From: an uncultured Chloroflexia bacterium
GTDB taxonomy: Bacteria; Chloroflexota; Limnocylindria; QHBO01
Assembly (NCBI GenBank): GCA_963814375.1
Contig: CAWFCQ010000003.1
Span: 1-64,000 of the forward strand
Reading direction: 5' to 3'
DNA: 64,000 bases
Translations under genes and position numbers: made by a program
Shown: piece by piece, positions 22,916 to 32,657 of the stretch
Position numbering within the stretch: the first letter of the stretch is position 1
Layout: each line of letters begins with the position of its first letter
Notes under the pieces: model-generated
The model's database searches: none
Told to the model about the DNA's origin: nothing
The model's input: only the letters and a program-made list of their open reading frames with translations

Positions 22916-23440
22916 GGCTCGACCCCAACCGATGCCAGCCGGTCGGCCATGAGCTCGTCCGTCAGCGGACCGAACTGCTTGTCCTGGACGATGCCGTCGG
23001 CGTCGACGAAGTAGCTCTCCGGCGGGCCCGTGACGCCGTAGTCGATCGCCAGGCTGCCGCCGCCATCGACAAGGTGGGCGTAGCCGGCATCGCCGTAGCG
23101 CGAGAGGAAGGCTTCCGCATCGGCCTCGGAGTCCTGGTAGATCACGCCGACGATGGCGAGCTCGTCCTCGTGGGACTGGTGAGCAGCGGCCAGCACCGGG
23201 TGCTCGTCGACGCAGGCAGGCACGCACCAGCTCGCCCAGAAGTTGACGACGTAGGGCCGCCCCGCCAGAGTCGGATGCGGCGAGCGCCTCGCCGTCGAGC
23301 GTCGTGAGCGTCCAGTCGGGCGCGGGCTGGCCGATGAGCGGCGACGCGATCTCGCGTGGATCACGCCCGAAGCCGGTGAAGAGCAGCCACCCGAGCGGCA
23401 GCACCAGGACGGGCACGATCAGCCAGCGAAGTCCGCGCAT
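22912..23440 (-). CDS. ccmG: CcmG/TlpA thiol-disulfide oxidoreductase (frameshift ~23270)
   Basis: N-terminal TM, SPLIGQPAP, VVNFWASWCVPAC and YGVTGPPESYFVD. Confidence 0.85.
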
Positions 23441-25451
23441 CAGACGCGCTCCGCCGATGCCGCGGCGGCGGCCGGGACCCCCACCTCCACCACGACCGGC
23501 CGTGGCTTCGGGTCCGGCCAGATGGCGAAGACGGCGCCCAGCCCGACGATCGCCCCGCCGAGCCAGATCCAGACCACGAGCGGGTTGACGAACAGATGCA
23601 GGCTGACCGCGCCGGTCTGCGGATCGGCGGCGAGGAGGGTGACGTACAGGTCCTCGGCGAGCGAGGTGCGTACCGCCGGGGTGGCGATCGCGGTCGGCGA
23701 GTTCGGGTAGTCGCGCAAGGCTGTGGCCAGCGCGCCCTCCTGCGAACCGGCGTAGCGGACCTCGGCCCGCGTCTCGATGACTCGCGCATCGTTGGCCAGC
23801 GGCTCGACCACCAGACGCTCGTGGGTCACGGTGTAACCGCCGATCTGCGTGGACTCACCGGGAGCCAGCGTGACGGTCACGTCGGTCGAGAGCCCGGACG
23901 AGACCGCGACGGCCACCGCCATCACCAGCACGCCGATATGGACTGCGTACCCTCCGTACCGGCGGCGGTTGCGCGTGACGAGGCGCCATGTGGCCGTTGG
24001 CGGCGCCTCGTCGCGGCTCCGTCCTCGCGCACGCGCGCCGCGAACGACCTCGTCGACCATGACCCCGCCGGTGAAGACCGCGAGCACCAGGATCCCCAGC
24101 GAGCCGCCGTCACGGAGGCCGGCCAGTAGCGCCACGACCCCCACCGCGACCGCCGCCAGCAGGGGCCCCGTGAATCGGTCGCGCACGGTCGACCACGAGG
24201 CGGTTCCCCACGGCAGCGCCGGGCCGATGCCCATGAGGAACAGCAGCGCCACCATGATCGGCACACCCACCCCGTTGAACCACGGCGCGCCGACGCTGAT
24301 CGTGGCACCACTGGTGGCGGCCACCAGCATCGGCAGCAGCGTGCCGAACAGCACCGCGAAGGTCAGGCCCAGGAATAGCACGTTGTTCAACAGGAAGGCG
24401 GACTCGCGGCTGACGGTGCCCGGAGGGTCGCCCTCCTCCCACCAGGTCGGGCAGGCGCCAGACCAGCAGCGCCAGCCCGGCGGTCAGCGCAAGGAGAATG
24501 CCGCCGAGGAACCACGGACCGATCGCCGACTGCGTGAAGGAGTGGACGCTGGCGACCACGCCCGAGCGCGTCAGGAAGGTCCCCACAAGGGTGAGCACGA
24601 AGGTGGCGACCACCAGCGCGGCGCTCCAGATGCGGAGGCCGCCGCGACGCTCGGCGACCATCGACGAGTGGATGAACGCTGTCGCCGTCAGCCACGGCAG
24701 CAGCGCCGCGTTCTCGACCGGGTCCCACGCCCAGTAGCCGCCCCAGCCGAGGACCTCGTAGCTCCACCACGCGCCGGCGGTGATGCCGAGCGTGAGGAAG
24801 ATCCACGGGACCAGCGTCCAGCGCCGCACGATCCGCAGCCACTCGGTCGTCGAGGCGCTTCGTGATGAGCGCCGCCACCCCGAAGGCGAACGGAACCGCC
24901 ATCCCCGTGTAGCCGAGGTAGAGCAGCGGCGGATGGAGCGCCATGAACGGGTGGTTCTGGAGCAGCGCGTTCGGCCCGAGCCCCTCGGCCGCCACCGGCG
25001 TGGTGCGCAGGAATGGGTTTCCCGGCCACGTCATGACCGCGAAGAAGAAGAGGTTGACCGATGCCAGCGTCGCGCCCACCCACGGCATGAGCTGCCGATG
25101 ACGGTCGCGGTGCCGCCACATGACGAGGCTCGCCCAGCCGGTCGCGAGCAGCGTCCAGAACAGGATCGAGCCCTCGAGCGCGGCCCACAGGCTGATCGCG
25201 CTGATGAAGGCCGGCGTGGTCGTGGCGTTGTTCTCGACCACGTACACGACGCTGAAATCGTGCGCCAGCAGCGAGATGACCATCATCGCGCAGGCCACGA
25301 TGGCCGCCACGAAGGAGCCGATGATCGCGCGCCGTCCGCTGGCCAGAGCTCGCCCGTCGCCGCTGCGGCCGGCCAGGATGCAGGCGACTACCCCGAATGT
25401 CGTGAGCGCCAGGCCGACGAGGACCGCGGCGTGGCCGATGGTCGGGATCAT
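23440..25451 (-). CDS. ccmF: Cytochrome c heme lyase CcmF (frameshifts ~24430 and ~24850)
   Basis: WAALEGS, LQNHPFMALHPP, WGGYWAWDPVEN, TRSGVVASVHSF and NPLVVWIWLG. Confidence 0.93.
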
Positions 25452-25915
25452 TCGTCGCCCGGCTGGAACACGTTGTCGGAGGGCTGCGTGCCGGGCTCGG
25501 GCGCCTCGTAGTTCTCGTCGTGCTTGACGATGACCTGGGTCGCCTCGAACACCCCGTCCCCGCCGAGGGCGCCCTCGACCACCGCGCCGCTGCCCTCGCG
25601 GAACGAGCGGGTCGGTGCGACCGTCGAGTGGACCGGAATCGAGGCCTCGCCATCGGTGAGGGTGAAGGAGAGGTCGGTCGCGGCGCCGCTCACGCTGCCG
25701 GCTTCGACAAGGCCTCCGAGTCTCACGGTCTCCCCGATCGCATCGTCACCCTGCGCCAGCAGCTCGGTCGGGGTGAGGTAGTAGACGAGCGCGCTGCCGA
25801 CGCTCGAGAAGGCGAGGTACGCAATCACCACGAGGACCACGGCGACGAGGACGAGGATGCCCCACGGCCGCCGGCGCGGCGGCAGGACCGGCTCGAGCGG
25901 GGCCGAGACCGTCAT
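25448..25915 (-). CDS. ccmE: Heme chaperone CcmE
   Basis: YYLTPTE, VRLGGLV, FREG and KHDENY (HxxxY). Confidence 0.92.
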   Translation of the reverse strand: MTVSAPLEPVLPPRRRPWGILVLVAVVLVVIAYLAFSSVGSALVYYLTPTELLAQGDDAIGETVRLGGLVEAGSVSGAATDLSFTLTDGEASIPVHSTVAPTRSFREGSGAVVEGALGGDGVFEATQVIVKHDENYEAPEPGTQPSDNVFQPGDE

Positions 25916-26034
25916 CGGCCCTCGTTGTCGCGGTCGCCGGCGGCGCGCAGGCGCCGCCACAGGCTCACGGCATAGAGCGCCAGGCCGCCGAGGATGACTG
26001 CGTAGGCCGCGATCACGTAGCCGGCATCGGTCAT
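25912..26034 (-). CDS. ccmD: CcmD-like small membrane protein
   Basis: 40 aa, YVIAAYAVILGGLALY plus a charged tail; ATGA overlaps with both ccmC and ccmE. Confidence 0.75.
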   Translation of the reverse strand: MTDAGYVIAAYAVILGGLALYAVSLWRRLRAAGDRDNEGR

Positions 26035-26744
26035 TGGGCCGCCTCCACCCTTCGGGCGCCCATGATGAGCTCGAAGCGCGCCGCCTCCTCGCGCGCGGCT
26101 TCCATCCGGGCGAGCTGGTAGCGGCGGATCATCAGGTAGATCCACGTCAGTGTGAACGCGCCGAGCATGCCGAGCAGCGTGCCCACGAAGACCATCGGCG
26201 CGGCCGGGTCGAGCGCCCGTTCGGGCGATGCGATCGTCGCGGTCTGGTGCAGGCCGCGCCACCACTCGACGCTGAAGTGGACGATCGGGATGTCGACCGC
26301 GGCCACGAGACCGACGATCGCGGCCCGCGTGGCGCGTCGCTCGGGGTCATCGGTCAGGCGGCGCAGCAGCAGGTAGCCGACGTACAGCGCCAGGAGCAGG
26401 GCGGTCGTGGTGAGGCGCGGGTCCTCCCACTGCCAGAAGACGCCCCAGATCGGACGGCCCCACATCATGCCGCCCCAGATGGCGAAGGCGGTGAACATGA
26501 CGCCGATCTCGGCGCCGGACAGCGCGACGGCGTCGAAGCGCATGTCGCGCCGCCACAGCCAGCCGATCCCGGCCAGGGCGGTGACGCCGAACGAGAGATA
26601 CGCCAGCCACGCCGATGCGACGTGGACGTACATGATCCGCTGCGCGTCGCCCTGGTTGAGGTCGGCGGGAACGACGAACAGCGCGACGACGGTCATGACC
26701 GTCACTGCGGCGAGCGCCACGAACCCGAGGATGCGGGTCTTCAT
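26031..26744 (-). CDS. ccmC: Heme exporter CcmC
   Basis: RIMYVHV, WGRPIWGVFWQWEDPRLTT and HFSVEWWRGLHQ. Confidence 0.93.
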   Translation of the reverse strand: MKTRILGFVALAAVTVMTVVALFVVPADLNQGDAQRIMYVHVASAWLAYLSFGVTALAGIGWLWRRDMRFDAVALSGAEIGVMFTAFAIWGGMMWGRPIWGVFWQWEDPRLTTTALLLALYVGYLLLRRLTDDPERRATRAAIVGLVAAVDIPIVHFSVEWWRGLHQTATIASPERALDPAAPMVFVGTLLGMLGAFTLTWIYLMIRRYQLARMEAAREEAARFELIMGARRVEAAQ

Positions 26745-27433
26745 CCGTCCTCCAGCAGGAATCCATACGTCGCCGCGCCGGCCACGATCATGACGACGTC
26801 GAAGGCGACGAGGAGCTGGAGCCACGCTCCCAGCTCGCCGAGCGGATCGCCGGCGAGCGCCGCGCCGGTGGCCTTGACAGCGGCCAGCAGGAGTGGCGCG
26901 AGGACCGGCAGCATGAGGAGCGGGAGCATCACCTCGCGCGCCCGTAGCCGCACCGTGACCCCGGCGTAGAACGTGCCGACCGCGGCGATGCCGATCGCGC
27001 CGAGGACGACCGTCGCCAGCAGCGGCACGAGCGCATCGCCGACCGGTACGGCGAACAGGATGCCGACCGCGGCCAGCACCAGCAGGCCGAGCACGAGCAT
27101 CACGGCGAACCCTCCGAGCGCCTTGCCGGCGTAGATCGCGCGGCGGCTGATCGGATAGAGGGCGAGCTGCTCGAGCGCGCCGTCATCGGTCTCGAGCAGG
27201 TGGAGCCTCCCGACGGCCAGGATGCCGGCAAAGACGACCGCCAGCCACAGCAGCCCCGGCGCCGCGGCCGCCAGGCGCGCGCTGTCGGGCCCGAGGGCGA
27301 AGCCGAAGAGCAGCAGCACCACCGCGGCGAAGAAGAGCGTGCTTACCGCGGCGCTCCGCCCGCGCAGCTCGGCCGTCGCGTCCTTGCGCGCGATAGCCAG
27401 CGCGATCGACGCCTCGCGACGGAGCAGGCTCAT
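26741..27433 (-). CDS. ccmB: Heme exporter CcmB
   Basis: IARKD..AELR, PGLLW, DDGALEQL and LPLLMLP. Confidence 0.9.
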   Translation of the reverse strand: MSLLRREASIALAIARKDATAELRGRSAAVSTLFFAAVVLLLFGFALGPDSARLAAAAPGLLWLAVVFAGILAVGRLHLLETDDGALEQLALYPISRRAIYAGKALGGFAVMLVLGLLVLAAVGILFAVPVGDALVPLLATVVLGAIGIAAVGTFYAGVTVRLRAREVMLPLLMLPVLAPLLLAAVKATGAALAGDPLGELGAWLQLLVAFDVVMIVAGAATYGFLLEDG

Positions 27434-28197
27434 CGGGCAGCCACCGCCGGCCGTGCCGTTGCGCCGACGGCAGGCGGCGTGGAGACGACGCCCGTCCCCG
27501 CGACCGATGCGACCAGTCCGCGCTCGAGCACGACGCTGGCATCGAGGAACGGCTCCAGCCGCTCGGTGCTGTGCGAGGCGACGATCACCGTCACGCCGAC
27601 CTCGTGCCACGCGTCGAGCAGCTGCTCGACGAGGCCCATGCCCTCGGCATCGAGTGCTGCGAACGGTTCGTCGAGCAGCACGAGCGAGGCGCTGCCGAGC
27701 AGGATGCGGCCGAGTGCAAGGCGCTTGCGCATGCCGGCAGAGAATTCACGGACCCGGTCGCCGGCCCGGCTCGCGAGCCCGACATCGGCCAGCGCGCGCT
27801 CCACGCGCATGCGCCGATCGGTCGTTCCGAGGAGGGTGGCGGCGAAGTCGAGGTTCTCGCGCGCGGTGAGGTCGTCGTACAGACCGGTGGCGTGCGACAG
27901 GTAGGCGACGCGCTCACGCACCAGGTCCGCGTCGCGCGCAGCGTCGAGACCGTCCACGCGCAGGCTGCCGTACGAGGGCCGCAGCGCGGTCGCCAGCAGG
28001 CGCAGCAGCGTCGTCTTGCCCGCCCCGTTCGGCCCGAGCAGGCCGACGGTCCTGCCGCCCTCGATGCGCAGCGTGATGCCGGCCAGCGCCGGGCTCCCCG
28101 CGAAGAGGCGCGCAAGGTCGGTCGTATCGACTGAGGGTGGTCGCCCATCGGGTGCCCCGAGGGAGCGGGGCGACACGTAGATCGTGGTCTGCGGCAT
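27430..28197 (-). CDS. ccmA: Heme exporter ATPase CcmA
   Basis: [24 protein letters not shown] and LLDEPF; first gene of the ccm operon. Confidence 0.88.
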   Translation of the reverse strand: MPQTTIYVSPRSLGAPDGRPPSVDTTDLARLFAGSPALAGITLRIEGGRTVGLLGPNGAGKTTLLRLLATALRPSYGSLRVDGLDAARDADLVRERVAYLSHATGLYDDLTARENLDFAATLLGTTDRRMRVERALADVGLASRAGDRVREFSAGMRKRLALGRILLGSASLVLLDEPFAALDAEGMGLVEQLLDAWHEVGVTVIVASHSTERLEPFLDASVVLERGLVASVAGTGVVSTPPAVGATARPAVAAR

Positions 28198-28323
28198 GCT
28201 CAACCTGGCGGGGCGAAGCTCGGCCACCGCACTATGGATGCCGTATCGGGGGGCGTCAAATGCTCGCGGCCACGTAACCGGGAGCGTATGAATCCGCTGG
28301 GCCACATCCGCCAAGGAGCCTCA

Positions 28324-28770
28324 ATGCCGATGCGCCGATCCCGATTCGCGACCGTCGTCACCACGGTCGCCGTCCTCGTCCTGCTCCTCGCGGCATGCGG
28401 CGGGACCGCCGCCTCGTCCGCCGACGAGTCGGAGGCGGCGACTCCGTCATCGGCCGCCGCCGAGCCGACCCAGAGCGCGGCGGCGAGCGAGGCGGGCACG
28501 GCAGAGGAGCGCGTCCGGCTCACCGGCTCGCAGTTCGATCCGACCGAGCTCACCATCGCGGCCGGCACCGAGGTCGTCTTCCTCAACGCCGACGGCTTCG
28601 CGCACACCGTCACCGAGGGGACCGGCGGCCAGGCCGTGGAGGACCCGATCGTCGACGAGGAGATCGAGCAGAACGGCTCGGTCCGCGTCGCCTTCGACGA
28701 GCCCGGCACGTACGACATCACGTGCGAGATCCACTCCTCGATGCAGATGACCATCACCGTCGAAGACTGA
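28324..28770 (+). CDS. Lipoprotein cupredoxin (type 1 blue copper), copy 1
   Basis: Lipobox LAAC, Ser/Ala/Glu linker, AHTVT and CEIHSSM; AAGGAG RBS. Confidence 0.88.
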   Translation: MPMRRSRFATVVTTVAVLVLLLAACGGTAASSADESEAATPSSAAAEPTQSAAASEAGTAEERVRLTGSQFDPTELTIAAGTEVVFLNADGFAHTVTEGTGGQAVEDPIVDEEIEQNGSVRVAFDEPGTYDITCEIHSSMQMTITVED

Positions 28771-28793
28771 GACCGAACAGGAGGCCACCACCC

Positions 28794-29183
28794 ATGCACC
28801 GATCCCGACCGGCGACGCTCATCGGCGTGCTGATCATCCTTGCCATGGCGCTCGCTGCCTGCTCCAGCGCCGAGAGCTCCTCATCCGCTGTCGAGAGCGT
28901 CGCCGAGAGCGACGGCGGCGAGGCGGGCGGCGACACCGTATCCCTGGCCGGCGGCCAGTTCTCGCCATCCGAGCTGACGATCCCGGTCGGCACCACGGTG
29001 ACGTTCACCGACACGGCCAACCACACGGTCACCGAGGGCACCGACGGTGAGGCCGTCGACGACCCGATCGTCGACGAGCAGGGCGGCGAGGACATCGAGG
29101 TGACGTTCGACGAGGCGGGCACCTTCAACATCACCTGCACGATCCACCCGACCATGAACCTGACCGTCACCGTCGAGGGCTGA
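28794..29183 (+). CDS. Lipoprotein cupredoxin, copy 2
   Basis: Lipobox LAAC, NHTVT and CTIHPTM; GGAGG RBS. Confidence 0.88.
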   Translation: MHRSRPATLIGVLIILAMALAACSSAESSSSAVESVAESDGGEAGGDTVSLAGGQFSPSELTIPVGTTVTFTDTANHTVTEGTDGEAVDDPIVDEQGGEDIEVTFDEAGTFNITCTIHPTMNLTVTVEG

Positions 29184-29238
29184 CCGCGCACGCCCTCGGT
29201 TGAGGGGCGGGCGGTGCGGTGCTAGGGTTCGCGTCCTG

Positions 29239-29619
29239 ATGGATGCCGGACTCACCGAAACCAGCACCGCGACGCATCGGTCGCGCGCCGAGCGCCGCGC
29301 CGCCGCCCAGAGCGCCGAATGCGCCGCGACGGCGGCGCTCACCGTGCTCGGCCAGAAGTGGGTCCTGCGCATCATCCGCGAGCTCGGGGATCACACCCAG
29401 CGCTTCTGCGAGCTCCAGGACGCGCTCGGCGGCGCCAACTCGGCGACGCTGTCGCAGCGGCTGAAGCTGCTCGAGGACGAGGGCCTCATCGAGCGACGCG
29501 CGATCAGCGCCGTGCCACCCTGGGTCGAGTACTCGCTGACGACGAAGGGCGGCGATCTGCGAGTAGCAATCGCTGGCATCGATCGCTGGGCCGATCGCTG
29601 GGCCACCGCCCCGCAATGA
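29239..29619 (+). CDS. HxlR (DUF24) family regulator
   Basis: C..TAALTVLGQKW, RFCELQ, LSQRLKLLE and VEYSLT. Confidence 0.9.
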   Translation: MDAGLTETSTATHRSRAERRAAAQSAECAATAALTVLGQKWVLRIIRELGDHTQRFCELQDALGGANSATLSQRLKLLEDEGLIERRAISAVPPWVEYSLTTKGGDLRVAIAGIDRWADRWATAPQ

Positions 29620-30104
29620 GCCACCCGGTCGCCGAGGAGCGTCCGGCCACCCACGGCGACGCCCTCAATATCCTGCGCGCCGCCGTCGCCGAGGCTCCAT
29701 CGCCCGAGTCCGGCTCTCAACGCGTCGTTGACCTGCTGCGCGATCGCTTCCCGCACTACGACTGGGTCGGCATCTACTGGGTCGAAGGCCGTGACCTGGT
29801 GCTCGGCCCATGGGTCGGCCCGGAGGCGACCGAGCACACCCGCATCCCGATCGGCACCGGCGTATGCGGCGCGGCCGCGGAGTCCGGGAAGACCGAGATC
29901 GTGCCCGACGTCAGCGCCGATCCGCGCTACCTCGCCTGCTTCGCCAGCACCAAGAGCGAGATCGTGGTGCCGATCTTCGAGGGCGGCGAGGTTGTCGGCG
30001 AGATCGATGTCGACGGCTCCGACCTCGATGCGTTCGACGAGATGGACGCGCGGTTCCTCGAGGAGGTCGCCGCCCTCGTCGCGCCGCTGCGGCCCCGGGC
30101 GTAA
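29616..30104 (+). CDS. Single-GAF protein, free methionine-R-sulfoxide reductase (MsrC/YebR)-like
   Basis: DWVGIY, LVLGP, GTGVCG, YLAC, KSEIVVP and EIDVD. Confidence 0.8.
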   Translation: MSHPVAEERPATHGDALNILRAAVAEAPSPESGSQRVVDLLRDRFPHYDWVGIYWVEGRDLVLGPWVGPEATEHTRIPIGTGVCGAAAESGKTEIVPDVSADPRYLACFASTKSEIVVPIFEGGEVVGEIDVDGSDLDAFDEMDARFLEEVAALVAPLRPRA

Positions 30105-30128
30105 CCGTCGCCGTACCGCATCGGTGAG

Positions 30129-30644
30129 ATGTCCACCGGTCCGGGCCGATTCGAGCGGGTCTACGACGAGCACGTCGTGGGCATCTATCGCTTCATCTAC
30201 GCGCGGGTCGGAAACCACCCCGATGCCGAAGACCTGACCGCCCAGGTCTTCGTCCGCGCCGTCGAGCAGCTGGACACAAGCCGCCAGCCTGGGCAGATCG
30301 CCGCGTGGCTGTATCGCGTCGCGCACAACGCCACCGCCGACCACTGGCGCGCCTTCTACCGCCTCCCGCTCGTCGGCGTCGACCGCGTGGCGCCCGGCTG
30401 GGAGCCGATCGACGAGGGCGAGCGCCCGCCGTCCGATCCGGACGACAGGGCGCGCGACCGCGTGCAGGCGCTGCTCCGCCGGCTCCCCGACCACTATCGA
30501 CGCGTGCTCGAGCTCCGGTTCCTCGAGCGCAAGAGCGTGGCCGAGACGGCCCACGCGATGGGCATCACCAGCGGCAACGCGCGCGTCCTCCAGTACCGCG
30601 CCCTGCGACGCGCCGCCCTCCTCGGAGACTCGAACGATGGCTGA
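30129..30644 (+). CDS. ECF sigma factor
   Basis: DAEDLTAQVF and AWLYRVAHN (region 2); LPDHYRRVLELRF and ETAHAMG...RVLQYRAL (region 4). Confidence 0.92.
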   Translation: MSTGPGRFERVYDEHVVGIYRFIYARVGNHPDAEDLTAQVFVRAVEQLDTSRQPGQIAAWLYRVAHNATADHWRAFYRLPLVGVDRVAPGWEPIDEGERPPSDPDDRARDRVQALLRRLPDHYRRVLELRFLERKSVAETAHAMGITSGNARVLQYRALRRAALLGDSNDG

Positions 30645-31441
30645 CGACGAGCGCCGCATTGACGACGCAGCCGATCGATTCGACGGCTACGTCGACACCC
30701 TGCTCGGTGACGGTCGGCCGTCGCCGGAGTCGGTCGGTGACCGCGACGAGGCCGAGATGGCGCGCATGGCGGCCGAGCTCGCCGCCACCGGACAGCCTCC
30801 CGACGCTGCCGCGCCGGATCCGGCATTCGTCGAGCAGCTGCGCGTGCGCATGCGCGAGGCCGATGCCGGCATCGCCTCGGTCCGCGAGCCTCCCGCCGGT
30901 CCGCGAGCAGGCCGAGCCGGCCGGGGCCGGCCGGTGGCGCCTCTCGCGCCGCCAGCTGCTCCAGGCCAGCTTCGGCGCCGCGGCCGGCATGGCGGCCGGC
31001 ATCATCGGCGTCTCGCTGCGCGCGGATGCGGAGCGACGGGCGACCCTCGGCGACGGCGACCCGCTCGTCACCGGCGAGGGATTCTGGACCGAGGTCGCGC
31101 TCGTCTCCGAGGTGCCCGACGGGGCCGCCGTGCGGTTCAGCACGCCAGCGTTCGACGGCTTCGTCGTCAACGACGGGGGCGAGATCCGCGCGCTGTCATC
31201 GGTCTGCACCCACATGGGCTGCACGCTGCACTTCCGGCCCGACTGGAGCGACCTGCGCTGTCCGTGCCACGGCGCCAGCTTCGACCTCGCCGGGCGCCTG
31301 GCCAACGGGCGGAGCGCGTGGCGCACCGATGGCGCCTACCGCGGCGACGCCGAGGCCTACCCGATCGAGCTGCCCGACCTCGTGCGCCCCGAGATCAAGG
31401 TCGACGGCGACCGCATCCTCGTCTGGACCGCCCAGGCCTAG
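30637..31441 (+). CDS. Putative anti-sigma factor with an internal twin-Arg/TM segment and a C-terminal Rieske [2Fe-2S] domain (frameshift ~30890)
   Basis: Overlaps the sigma stop; N-terminal ...PDPAFVEQLRVRM, then LSRRQLL plus a hydrophobic helix, CTHMGC and CPCHGA. Confidence 0.75.
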
Positions 31442-31665
31442 AGGAGCACCTCGAAGACGTAGCCGATGATGTACGGGATGGCCAGGATCACCAGGATGAT
31501 GGCCAGCACGATCCCGGCGTAGATGAAGAGGCTGAGGTCGGGCGGCCCCGCTCGTTTCGGTGGTGGGGTGAGGCGCTTCGGCAGGTGCGACGGGCGGCGC
31601 GGCCGCTGGTGCTCGTACTTGTGCGGCTCGGACAGGTCCGGCAGCTTCACCGATGGCGCCGGCAC
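31438..31665 (-). CDS. Small membrane protein
   Basis: 75 aa, Pro/Arg-rich N-terminus and one C-terminal TM; begins 2 nt after the stop of the dehydrogenase gene. Confidence 0.6.
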   Translation of the reverse strand: MPAPSVKLPDLSEPHKYEHQRPRRPSHLPKRLTPPPKRAGPPDLSLFIYAGIVLAIILVILAIPYIIGYVFEVLL

Positions 31666-31667
31666 GG

Positions 31668-32657
31668 TCAGTCGTAGACCTCCGGGTTGATCGGGGTTGG
31701 CAGCCGCTCGCCGCGCAGGCCGGCCAGGAGGTTCGCCGCGGCCATCTCGGCCATCTTCCCGCGCGTCACCTGCGACGCCGATGCGATGTGCGGCACCACG
31801 ACGCAGTTCGGCAGCGCCACCAAGGGATGGTCAACCGGCAGCGGCTCCGGATCGGTGACGTCGAGACCGGCGGCGAAGATCTCGCCCTCACGCAGGGCAG
31901 TCTCGAGCGCGCCGGGATCCACGACCGGCCCGCGCGACGTGTTCACGAGCACGGCGGTCGCCTTCATGGCGTTCAGCGCATCGGCGTCGATGAGGTGATG
32001 GGTCTCTTCGGTCAGGTTGACGTGCAGGGTGACGAAGTCGGACTCGCGCAGCAGGTCGTCCATCTCGACGCGGGTCGCTCCGAGCTCGGCCTCATCCTCC
32101 GGCGTGGCGGGATGGACGTCGTGGTAGAGGATCCGCATCCCGAAGCCGCGACCGCGGCGCGCCATCTCGCGGCCGATGCGCCCGAAGCCGACGATTCCGA
32201 GCGTCGCGCCGTGGATGTCAACGCCCATGAGCAGCATCGGTCCCCAGGTCTTCCAGTTGCCGTCGCGGACGTAGTCAACGCTTTCCGGGATGCGGCGGGC
32301 GGCCGCCATCATCAGCGCGAAAGCGAGGTCGGCGGTCGTCTCGGTGAGGACGCCCGGCGTGTTGCCGGCCGGGATGCCGCGACGGGTGCAGGCCGGGACG
32401 TCGATGTTGTCGAACCCGACCGCGAAGTTGCTCACGACCTTGAGTTGCGGGCCGGCCGCGTCGAGCAGCTCGTCGTCGACCGTATCGGTCAGGAGGGAGA
32501 GGAGGCCGTCCTTGCCGGCTACCCGTCGCAGCAGCTCGTCGCGCGGCGGCGGCAGCTCGTCCTCCCAGAGGTCGACCTCGCAGCCATCGCGGACGGCGTC
32601 CAGGCCTTCGTCCGGGATGATCCGGGTGACGAGGACGCTGGGACGGGTCTGAGTCAA
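31668..32657 (-). CDS. D-glycerate dehydrogenase / glyoxylate reductase (GyaR-like)
   Basis: [42 protein letters not shown] and VPHIAS. Confidence 0.92.
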   Translation of the reverse strand: MTQTRPSVLVTRIIPDEGLDAVRDGCEVDLWEDELPPPRDELLRRVAGKDGLLSLLTDTVDDELLDAAGPQLKVVSNFAVGFDNIDVPACTRRGIPAGNTPGVLTETTADLAFALMMAAARRIPESVDYVRDGNWKTWGPMLLMGVDIHGATLGIVGFGRIGREMARRGRGFGMRILYHDVHPATPEDEAELGATRVEMDDLLRESDFVTLHVNLTEETHHLIDADALNAMKATAVLVNTSRGPVVDPGALETALREGEIFAAGLDVTDPEPLPVDHPLVALPNCVVVPHIASASQVTRGKMAEMAAANLLAGLRGERLPTPINPEVYD

